The position numbers and the translations under genes are program-made. The notes below the pieces were generated by a model, which ran no database searches, was not told where the DNA came from, and worked only from the letters and a program-made list of their open reading frames with translations. From Basidiobolus meristosporus CBS 931.73 (Eukaryota; Fungi; Basidiobolomycota), in the NCBI GenBank assembly GCA_002104905.1, contig MCFE01000432.1, forward strand, positions 11,947-75,946: a stretch of DNA of 64,000 bases. Reading direction: 5' to 3'. Within the stretch, counting starts at the first letter, position 1. The number at the start of each line of letters is the position of its first letter. This document shows positions 49,729 through 60,225 of the stretch, in pieces.

Positions 49729-51089
49729 ATAAGTGTAATATGACTCTTGAATGGTTTAACTGAACCCAAGTGACAACCAAATGCAGAATCTTAGAATTGT
49801 CAGAGAGTGGTGGAAATATTAGCAGAGAGGTTCTGGTCTAATATTGGTCTTGTATATTACTTATATTTTTCTGATCAAGTTGATTTACTTTGCACCAAGA
49901 GACTGGAATAACTGAAATCAGTTTAACCCTAAATTGCATCATCAATCAGCTACTGTTGTGGCAACTGCTAAGTGGTTGGAAAGATCTCAGATGACAAATC
50001 ACTTGGAAAGGCTTAACAAATCAGTTGAGGATGTAATGAATACATGAAATTGATCAGGTGTGACAGCTAAGAATAGATTCTGAGATGTGATAAAATAATC
50101 CATTACAGGGATCTATAATGTTTGGGTTAGGGAAAATTGGTTAGGGTACTAGCTTTTATAATGGAGTAAAATTGGCCAAGTTTTGAATGTTGATGCACAA
50201 CAGTCAGTACTATAGGGTACCTGAAGCATTGCAGAGGCACTGATGCACTGACCATTGGCCTCCTTTGTACTCAGCCATGCACTCTGAAAGTATCCTCTAT
50301 CTCATACACTAGCCCAGGTCAAGTATATCATTAACTAAGAGTAACAAATTAAACAGTGGCAGTGTAAAGCTGGTGTGCAACAGCCAAACTGGTAATATGG
50401 TAATACCTGCATGCACTTAATGTATTTTTGACACAGCTGTATGCATTACTCTCTGATCAGAGGGAACTAAGCACAGCTACAGTAAAGGAAGCACTACTTT
50501 GCTGTTGTTATTCACTGATAGGCAGCTATCATCACCTTATTATGCTTGCATTGCTGATGTTACTTGTTACTTTTCAGGTATTTAGGAAGATCTTCTGGGC
50601 TGTAAGTGTATACATATGGAGGTCATCAGGGTACTGTTGACCAGCATAAGCACTTACTGTAAGCCCATTTGGTGCTGCTTTTGAACTCCAGTACAGCAAT
50701 TTGTTCACAATGAAAAACAGCTGCCAGAGAGCTTAGTTGGATAATGTATACTATTGCTGATGATTTTGCATCCTTCTCATCTTACTTATTGTGTTCATGC
50801 TCTGAGAAAAAGAACAAGAAAGGACCATCTCAATACCATAACATATCAGTTGAGTTCCAAGTCTCACTAAACTTACAGCTGTCATCATGTAAGGTACTAG
50901 CTATTTTGCAGACATACTTTTCAGGTGGAGACAAGACCAACTAGAATTAATACCAAATCTGACCATCAACTACTCTCTACTTGCCCCTAAAATTGCAGCC
51001 AGAAATCTAAAGGAAAAACACCAGCAGAATACCAGCTGATTATCAGATGAGTTCCAGGTCTAAGATGTCTCATAGCAAGGTAACATCTA

Positions 51090-51420
51090 TGCTTTCTGTA
51101 AACCTAGGTTATAATTTACAAATCTTTGAGAGCTCTAGCCATTGACCTTGTATAAAGTCACTCAGCACAAGTATCAGATACATAAGACATGAAATATCTG
51201 AGAGTTGTCATAACAGCCCCAAACTTTGCACACATGTTCTTGAAACCATCATAATTGTATTCTTCATGTTTGCATTGCCAAGACCATGTTGAAGTATAGA
51301 TAATACCCTTGTATTTGATGAACAATTAGAAGCAGACCACAAATACTGCTTGTTCTCCCATTCACTTCCAGTATCTCTGAGACTCTTGAAACAATATACT
51401 CTATAATCTGCATACCCACT
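51090..51420 (+). repeat. Dispersed copy (inverted) of the 16.9-18.2 kb repeat unit
   Basis: AACAGCCCCAAACTTTGCACACATGTTCTT and CTTGTTCTCCCA(A/T)TCACTTCCA match the reverse complement of ~17350-17515. Confidence 0.8.
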
Positions 51421-53239
51421 CTGATATTCATCTAATTTGCTTATGTCCAGCTATTTGTGACATCACAAGAGTCTAAATACTTCTTCAGTCTACAAGCAGT
51501 TGCTTTTACTTTGCAAGTTGTATCACTTCACCTTGGACATCTCAGGTTTGTTGCTTAGTTTAATACCTAGACTTTTGAATAGTATTGGTATTGCCATTTT
51601 TGCCTTGCCTGGAGTAGAACAAGTCATCCCATTAGCCATATAGATGCTGTCATTCAAGGCTGCACAACTGAGTACTGGAGGAGTGAGCAATGTAAGCTAC
51701 CAATGGTTCACTTTGTGTTCCTCAGGTGCCCAAACCAACTGAGCAGTGTTAAGTGCTATGATAGCAGCACTGAGCACAGTTGTCTGGTTAATAGAGCTTC
51801 TCCACTCTATGGATTGACAAGTGCTCATCATTGTCAGGATTATAGTCATGATCCTAGTCAAAGCACATCAGTTATTCAATCAGGCCATCAGTCTATAATT
51901 CAAAGCTGGAACTTTCAAGTTTATTAAGTCTCTAAAGTGTTGCAACAGCTGTGGGCTAAGTATTGGCATTGTAAGTGCAGTGGCAAGTTGAGATGATAGA
52001 CCCAGATCGAGGATGCAATCACTGCAACGGTAGGAAGAAAACTGAAAGCTATGTCACTACATCTAAAACTTCAGATTTGTTCATTCATTTCAATGAAGCC
52101 TTGTTGGATAAGAAATAGATGTACGGTAGCACTACGCATCCTCAATATTTCAGTACTGCGTTCATATGCTAGGCAAACTCCTCACTTTCTGATGAATCAT
52201 CGTGTAGATCTTCGGCGCTACTCCGGCGTAAGATGAGCTATAGAAAATCGAGTTGGTAATCTCCAGAATAACGGTGTCAAACACTTTTCTTCCGGATTGA
52301 GCGTTTTCTTTGGAGCATCTGCCTACCCATTGACCATAGTTATTGAGATGGGATTGTGGTATACAGCAAAGAAAGGCATATTTCAAAGAGAACACGTAGG
52401 CGTTTGGACCGGAGTGAGGACTTCACCCGGAAATGACATCGAAATAGTGTCTGTAGTACTAGGTAATTGAGTTAGAAGCTACATAAATAGTTTGATAATT
52501 ACAATGCCGCTTTATACTCCCCCCCATTGAACCTATGCCCCGGCACAGATAATTATTGGCCGAAATCATTATGAAAGGCTTGCGCATGCAGGCATGTCAC
52601 CATACAGTCATTACTGAAGTATCTGGGTGTAGTATGGATCTACTTGGTCCATATATCAATACAGTAACCCGCCCAGTGCGTACTACAACATCAAATGTGT
52701 TACATATTCTTGTGCAATATACGAGAATCCGTAGGGAGGAACAGCAAAGGTAGCTTAAAGCGATGATAATACATGTTAAAGCATTGCAATAAATAAGCTG
52801 ATTCCCATAACTTTTAGCTCCTTCATTTTGACTTTCGAATAAGTTAACAGCTGGGTAGAGTGGCGTCTATCTGTAGCTCAAGCTTCTGGATTTCAATCTA
52901 TGTTTTTTAGAGCCTGGTGTTGACATTGGCATCTTCAAGTAATTGTGAGATGGCAAGGTTATTAAAGACTTGGAGAACGCGTGAGGCTGGCAACAGAGCA
53001 ACAAAAACCAAGCGCACTGGAGCAGTCAGAGGTTGGCAAGTCTGAGTGGATGGTCATCAGTAGCCGCTACAACAAAGTGAGACTACCGACTTACTCTTTT
53101 CCGATTTTTATGCAAAGTTGTGTACCTGCTTAAACATTCAGTTATGAATTTTGATTTTAAAGATCAGAAAGCTGTAATCGTAATCAAACAAGTATGTCAT
53201 TTTGCAAACAAAATTTTAAGCATTTTTCTTTTCAAAGTG

Positions 53240-54020
53240 ATTTTGTGAGAGTAGAGTAGTCGTGCAAAGAATGATTATTTGTTTTGCCTACCCAATATCC
53301 TCAGTTTAGGTTGATTTATCTGTTGGGGGGAATTGTCTCTGCCAAGGGGTTGTGTATTGTACAACTTGGGTGGACTGCGTCAGAACGTAGCGATATGAAG
53401 AGCTATTATCTGGGTTTTCGCTTCCTTTTGCTTGGCGTATTCCAGCGCGTTGGCCCCACCCTCCGGTTCGAGACTGGGTCCTACTTAATACTTGACATTG
53501 AAGCCTTTATTGCTGTTGGCATTAGCGAAGTTCAGGCTATCGTGCTTTCTGGTCACCGTGCTGAAAACCTGAAGCAATAACGGGGATTGGACATTCGACG
53601 TCTTAATGACAGGCAAAACTCGAACGTTATGGTAGCAATCATTCGCATACTGTGCACATGGTAAGCTGCGATAATGAACCCCTCTATACTCGCGAGTGCA
53701 TGGAGAATGACAGCCGATTGGGGCTGCAACGGCATCTTGAATGGTGGCAAGGCCTAGAATTACTGCTATGGTAATAAAGCGCATGTGGAGTGAATAACGT
53801 ATTTGTGAGCTGTTATATAGCATATAATATGGTTTAGCTGGCCAAATTGCTATTATATATTTCATGGATTAATCAAGTCATTACTCACACTATCACAATG
53901 CTGTTTGAGTACCATCCGTATTTTGCATTCTCCTATTTTTTCAATTTTCTTCTATTATTTGGTGGAACTCACCATGACCAAACCTTATATTTCGTCTTTA
54001 TTTTCTGGAGCATACTATTG
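53240..54020. repeat. Segmental duplication copy 1 (copy 2 at ~56215-56797, with internal deletions)
   Basis: Shared GTGAGAGTAG.GTAGTCGTGCAAAGAATG...CCTACCCAATATCCTCAGTTTAGG start and GTGGAACTCACCATGA...TTTTCTGGAGCATACT end. Confidence 0.85.
53485..53784 (-). CDS. Small secreted Cys-containing protein, possibly degenerate Kazal-like
   Basis: MRFITIAVILGLATIQDAVAAP signal peptide, then CHSPCTREYR...YANDC; duplicated at 56369-56554. Confidence 0.45.
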   Translation of the reverse strand: MRFITIAVILGLATIQDAVAAPIGCHSPCTREYRGVHYRSLPCAQYANDCYHNVRVLPVIKTSNVQSPLLLQVFSTVTRKHDSLNFANANSNKGFNVKY

Positions 54021-54072
54021 CTTATCCTAGTATCTGTTTCCACTGAAATATCTAACTTTGAAGTTGCAACAA

Positions 54073-54380
54073 GCAGATCTCTTATACTTCATGCTGGCTG
54101 AGTGATGATAATTTGTGGTTGTTGCTGCTTGGGCTGGTAGAGGGTTTGATCAACGACTTGCCCCTGATCGAACTGGTTTGAGTAGGACAAGGCATTGGCT
54201 TTACTGGAAGAATGTCCATTGATGCAGATCTCTTATACTTCATGCTGGCTGAGTGATGATAATTTGTGGTTGTTGCTGCTTGGGCTGGTATAGGGTTTGA
54301 TCAATGACTTGCGCTTGGTCGAATTGGTTTGAGTTGGACAAGGCATTGGCTTTACTGGAGGAATGGCCATTGATTTTGTC
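54073..54380. repeat. 151-bp tandem duplication
   Basis: GCAGATCTCTTATACTTCATGCTGGCTGAG starts at 54073 and again at 54224. Confidence 0.9.
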
Positions 54381-55269
54381 CAGCAAGGCTTGGGATGGTT
54401 GAAGATTGGAAATATCGAACTCTTGCAACCCAGAGAATCCTGGCTACTCACCCGAAGTCTCGCTTGTCTGCATTGGTTCACTCATCTCCGAATCATCCCC
54501 CTCCTCAGTTGATGGCTGGTATTCTTGACTGGGGACCGATGTGTCCTGATAACAAGCACCCTATTATTCGACATATGGCTCATTGGTGTCGGCTACCTGG
54601 GAGTCACCGAGTGGGGTAGCGGAAACTAGCAAGAGGAAGGAAAGCTGCATGACTGGCTGGTGGAGTCTCGTGCGAACTTTCCCGATTTATATCACCTTCT
54701 CGATCCCACTCAATTAGCTTTGTGCAAGCTAGATTGATTTAACCTTTGCTACTTTACCTCTTCGTACCAAGGAAATAGAGTATAAGCTGCACCTCAAGGT
54801 GTTAAGAATGAGGGTGATCTGGTTGAAAGAGATATCCTCTATAAGTACTGCTGGTTAATCATAGCCAATGCAATGTAGTGAGGTTGTGCATTGCCTTATT
54901 GACAATGGTACCTGTTTGTGGTCAACATTTCGTAGTGGGTTAGCATCGTTACTCTACACATCATTTGGTATGTTAAGCGGCACAGCATATCCGAGTTTAT
55001 TAGTATTCAATACTCAGCTAAGCCGATTGTGGAGTATGCGCTGGGTCACTTTCGTTTACTAGCTCTGAGGAATAGATTATATATGTCGCTTGAAATTAAT
55101 TTACGTTTTGTAGCCACTGTTTTTGTACCCAAATTCTACGTTGGCTTAGGTTGTAGAGATGGTTAGAAACTCTTACTGACTAATGGTACAGCCAACGTCG
55201 CTTATGTAATGTTTTAAACATACAAGCCTATACTGCGTACTAGACATTGCCATCAATTACATAGATTTT

Positions 55270-55713
55270 TCCGCGGCTTCAATGGGTTTTCCGACGGCAG
55301 AACGTACGAAAAATGGCAGGCCTATGGTCAGTCTAAAACCGCCATTATTCTCTTTACCATGGAGTTGAGCAACCGCTACAAAAGTAAGGGACTAGTGGCC
55401 TTCAGTCTTCACCCTGGTGTTATATCCACAAACTTAGCAAATCACTTGAATCTCGCCGACGAATTTAAGGAGAACTTCCTGGATGTCAGAAGAGGCTCTG
55501 AAATCCCTTACTTGGAAAACCATCCCTCAGGGAGCGGCAACTCACATTGTTGCTGCCTTTGACCCCTCGATTGTAAATCAGTCTGGCTCATATCTTGAAG
55601 ATGCAAAGGTTAGCAATGAGACCGCGCGGCCTTATGCTTTGGATGACTCTAATGCCCAACAACTTTGGAAGCTGAGTGAAGATTTGGTGAAGTATCCAGA
55701 ACTTGTCGCATAG
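55270..55713 (+). pseudogene. Short-chain dehydrogenase (retinol DH/WWOX-like) C-terminal fragment
   Basis: AYGQSKTA (YxxxK), SLHPGVISTNL, QGAATHIVAAF, GSYLED, AQQLWKLSEDLV; frameshift near 55510; no Rossmann N-terminus seen. Confidence 0.75.
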
Positions 55714-56368
55714 AAATAAAATGTAGAGATTTGTACCCGCAATGTATAGCAATATATTTCTTCAGAATTAGCAGATCTGCCAGTCAGCTAAGAGTTTTGA
55801 ATCTCGAGTAAATAATTCAAGCTAACCTATGTTTCTTGGGTAATGTTGGATAACTGTATTCTGTATACTGCTCGGGACTGCAAACATTGACTATGAAATA
55901 ACCAGTGCCATTCCTGAGTGCACGCTTGAAAGATCGTAGTACGAGTCGTTTTGCGTCTCACGAATAATACAATGGTATGTTGACTTAAACGGCAATTTAC
56001 CTCCCAATATTGATACATTTATTTTAAAGTTCGATGGAGTAAGTACGTAAACATTGAACATGGCTTTACTGACATCCCAAAGTATCTTCAAATGCGGTTG
56101 TTGATACACAACGCTGTTTGGACTTCTCTCTTGCCACCAACCAAATATGGAGTGCCCCTATGCCTTTGGTGTCTGTCGATTTTTTTTTGGACCGGTACAC
56201 TGTGTCTGCCATGGATTGATAGTGAGAGTAGGGTAGTCGTGCAAAGAATGCTTATTTGTTCTGCCTACCCAATATCCTCAGTTTAGGTTGATTTATCTGA
56301 TAGGCGCAATTGTCAGCACACTAATTGTATTGAACATTTTGTTCGGTCTCTGCTACATCTTGGGTGGA

Positions 56369-56554
56369 CTACATCAGAACGTAGGGATACGAAGAGCTAT
56401 TGTCCGGGTGTTTCGCTCCCTTTTGCTTGGCGTATTCCAGTGCGTTGGCCTCTGGTAAACTGTGATAATGAACCCTTCTATACTCGCGAGTGCATGGAGA
56501 GTAACCGCCGATTGCGGCAAGGTCTAGAATCGCTGCTACGGTAATAAAGCGCAT
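56369..56554 (-). pseudogene. Internally deleted duplicate of the small secreted protein gene
   Basis: MRFITVAAILDLAAIG...SPCTREYRRVHYHSLP lies within duplication copy 2. Confidence 0.6.
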
Positions 56555-56803
56555 GTGGAGTGAATAACGTATTTGTGGGCTGGTATATAGGCTTGGCTGG
56601 ACAAATTGCTATAACTTATTTCATGGATTAATCAGGTCATTACTCACACTATCGCTATGCTGTTGCGGGCACACTCCTAACGATTGTTTGGGCTCCATCA
56701 GCATTCTGCATTCCCCTCACGCATGTCCATAGTTCTTATTGTTACTCATTTCCTCCATTGTTTTGTGGAACTCACCATGATTTTCTGGAGCATACTTTAA
56801 AGT

Positions 56804-56812
56804 GGGTTAGGG
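56804..56812 (+). repeat. Telomere-repeat seed GGGTTAGGG at the boundary between subtelomeric DNA and the retroelement array
   Basis: TTTAAAGT-GGGTTAGGG-GGGGAGACAGTCACC. Confidence 0.7.
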
Positions 56813-59424
56813 GGGAGACAGTCACCAACAGGTGAAATCTTTATTTCAGTTGAAACAAAGAAGCCAGCGCTACTGTTGTAGCTTTGATACAAGAGTGTGT
56901 AGCTGAGGGGAATTTGTAGGTAAGTTAATAAGAAGTGATGATAGCTCTTCAGTGCTCAAGACACTGTTGAGTGGGAAGGGGGGTAGCAAGAGAGGTAAGA
57001 ATGACTTGTGAACAACATTAATGAGGGGAATGTGATAAGGATTGATATTCATCATAAATGGAGTGTGCTGCTGCAGATATTGCTGCCAAAGGTCTGTCAA
57101 GTACTTCAGGTAGGCCAGCTTGGGTTTTTCTGACTGCAGAATAAAGTGAGCAAACTTCTTGACTTCAGGATCTCCAAGTATAGTTCTCCAGCAGGAACCA
57201 GGTGTTGTGTGGTGTGTTCTCTTCCAGGCCTTAATCAGTGGGTTGTTGCAGTTGTGAAGTCTGAGGTATAATCTGGTTCTAAGGTAGAGAAGTCTGATCT
57301 TATAGGGCATAAACCCAAAAGCACCAAGAATAGCATGTCTGTAGGGGCATTCAGGCAAATGAGGCACCAAGGAGGTAATGCACCATACTGCAAACTTGTC
57401 AAGCTTAGTGCAGTCTCTAGAAGTAAGAGAGAGAAGTGGTAAGCCAAATTCCAGGACAGGGAAGACAAACTGCTTGAGTAGAAGGAGGCAGCTGGGAGCT
57501 GAAGTTGTAGGAGGAGTAACGGCCAACAGCTTGTGGAGTGCCTGTCTTGCAAGGATAATTCTCTTCTTCAGGTGTGCTCCAGAGTCTAGTCCAGTAGGAA
57601 GGAAAGGAAAGCCAAGATATGTAGCAGAAACCTGAGCAGGTAGAGTGGAGTTCTCCAGGTTGATGGGAGAGCCCAAAGGTACTGTCTTTGCAATGGAAAG
57701 CTGGAGATTATTCTTCTGCAGATACTGGTGGATGGTCTGGGAGTCTTGTTGCACATTGGAGGAGGATATCCTGATGTCATCAGCAAAGAGAGTAACCAGG
57801 CAGTCAGCTGAGAGTCTTGGGAAGTCATTCAGGAAGATGGCAAACAGTATAGGACCAAGCACAGAGCCTTGAACCACTCCATTAGGAACTGAGAACACAG
57901 CTGATTGCTCACTTGGGTGCAGAATTCTTGCTTGTGGATCCAGAAACAGAGACCTGACAAGGAGGGTGAGAGAGGTACTGGAGAAGCATTGCAACTTGGA
58001 CCAAAGCAGATTTCTGTCAACTGAATCAAAGGCCTTAGTTATATCAAACAGAACAGAGGGATACTTGCACTGGAGAGAGTGATCTTGGCTAAGTATGACT
58101 GCATATTCCAAGGAGAGGCCAGGAACAAAGCCAAACTGTGCAGGATGAAACTTGAGGGAGTCAGAGTAGAGCTCCTGAGCAAGCAGAAGCTCAAACACCT
58201 TTCTGCAGGTGGGCAGCAGAGATATTGGCCTGTAGGAGCTAGGATCCAGGTGCTTTCCTTTACCCTTGTACAGTGGCAGAACATTTGCAAAGGACCATTC
58301 CTCAGGAGTAGAAAGCTGGGCTGAGCATTGCTGAAACAGTGGAAGCAGAAGTGCAGACATGGCCTTGGTACTAGTCTTCAGAAGCTCATAAGAGATTGTG
58401 TCCACACCTGGAGCAGTAGAGTTGGGAAGCCTCTTGAGCACATTATGGATTCTCCTTTGATCAAGTGCAAGTGGGATGGGCAGAGTCTTGAAGTCAGGAT
58501 GAAAGCCAGGAGTTGAGTACTGCTTTGTAGAGAAGAAGATGTTAGCCAGCTGTTCTGTTGAAGGTAACTTCCTGGAAGAGGGCCTCATTGCTCTGTAGAG
58601 TCTTGATACTGTTCTTGTTATAGAGTTGGAAGATTGCAGAGGCAAAGAACTCATAATATGATCCCAGAGCTGAGTATGCAGAGTGTGGTGAATTGCCTTG
58701 AAGTGGTGTATTGCTGTCAGGAGGAGTTTCTCTGTTTTTGGGTTAGGGAAACTCAGGTAGCTTTGTTGCAGGGCTGAAACAATGGATTCCCATTTGCTTG
58801 AGGTAACAGCAGTAGTCTTGCATGGCAGTGAGAGGGAGGCAGACACCAGAATCAGATGCTTCACAAAGAGCCAGGCATAGTTGAGATCATCTGGCAGAGA
58901 AAGTAGCAAACTGGCAAGCTTCAAGTAGTTCCCAAAGTCTTTCTTCTGATTCTTGGTAGCTTTGTGGGTGAGCACAGTAAGTTTTGGCAGCTTCTTCTTC
59001 ACAACTGGTTGCATAGAAAGGGACCAGGCTGGGTGGTCAGAGGCTCTCAAGGATCCTAGCTCAGCTCCAGAGAATTGCTTGACTTCATTCACAAAGTAGA
59101 GGGCAGCAGCAGAAGGGCAGATCCAGTCAACACATCTTTTCTCAGATTGAGCACCCAGTGCTAGCAGATGGCTTTCTCTCAGGAAGTTCAGTAGGAATGT
59201 GGACCTTGGCTTCATTCTTGCAGTCAGAGTAGTCTTGTTCTCAGGATGGGGAATGTTGAGATCTCCAAGCAAGATAACAGGTGTTGATATAGATTGCTGG
59301 TATTGCTGAACTTTCTGGCATATAACTTGCACTTCCTGAAGGGCAAGACTTGGAGGCAGATAGCAGAGCACCAGACTGATAGTTGGCAACTGGAGAGCAG
59401 CACAGTAAGGGGAGTAAAGAGGAA
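56813..59424 (-). mobile_element. Non-LTR retrotransposon copy 1 (APE-RT), 5'-truncated inside the endonuclease
   Basis: ORF 56870-~59424: YLPP, GDLN, CVDW, SDH (APE); YRPISLL, QFGF, FDITKAFDSVDR, GVVQGSVLGP, FADD, YLG (RT); no poly(A). Confidence 0.92.
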
Positions 59425-59433
59425 GGGTTAGGG

Positions 59434-60112
59434 GAGGGAAAGTCACCAAGGTAGGTGAAATCTTTATTTGATTTCAGACAAGTCTAACTACAAATAAAGA
59501 AGCCAGCTGGGAATAGAAGATTCCCAAAGTAAACACTAAGTTGAAAATGAATAAATCTAAGCTAAAGTTAAGGCAGTATCCCAGAGTACACTGGAGTTCA
59601 GGTTGATGGGGGAGTGAAGTAGGTAAGCTTGAGAGATGTAATAATCTTTTAAGAAGTGGGTAACAGCAGGTGAAGGGGAGTTTTTGATAAGTGAGGTGAA
59701 TCTGGAGAGCAGAGATTCCTCTAAGGAGAAGGTCTTGTAAACTGGAGAATCAGGAAACTCTTTAAAGGCATGGTCAGTAGGTTCCCAGAAAACTGGTCAG
59801 AGACATTTTGAGAGAATTGTTTAGCAATACTTTTGTCAAGTACTACCTCTAGAGTGTGATGGTTGATAAATCTCATGTTAACAATCTTGGATAAATTGTA
59901 ACCTTGTTGCTTGAGATACATCCTATGTTCAGATATAGGAATAAACTCCACATTGGCAAAGTAGCAGACAGCCCAGTCAGTGCAGGAGGCAAATCAGAAG
60001 TGGCAGGAAACTTTCTTTTAGTCTTGGGAGGAGCAGCAGGATGTCTTGAGGAAGCAGGAACAGGCTTTTTGACAGCTTCAGAGTAGGAAGAGTGAGCAGG
60101 AGCAGATGATTC
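59434..60112 (-). mobile_element. ORF1-only non-autonomous element (5'-truncated, two frameshifts)
   Basis: SYSEAVKK, DWAVCYFANV, SKIVNM..TLEVVLDK, RFTSLIKNSPSPAVTHFLKD parallel ORF1 of copy 2; TAG at 59557-59559, then ~120 nt to the shared 3' terminus. Confidence 0.75.
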
Positions 60113-60142
60113 TTAGGGTTAGGGTTAGGGTTAGGGTTAGGG
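60113..60142 (+). repeat. (TTAGGG)5 telomeric repeat tract between elements
   Basis: Five perfect copies. Confidence 0.97.
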
Positions 60143-60225
60143 GGAGGGAAAGTCACCAAGTTGGTGAAATCTTTATTTGGGTTAAGAACTAATCTAAGTA
60201 CAAATAAAGAAGCCAATTAAGAGGT

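Noticed and set aside
48600-60120. RIP as the cause of compositional bias
   Set aside because: Loss is CpG-specific, CpA/TpG remain abundant and the long ORF is free of stops
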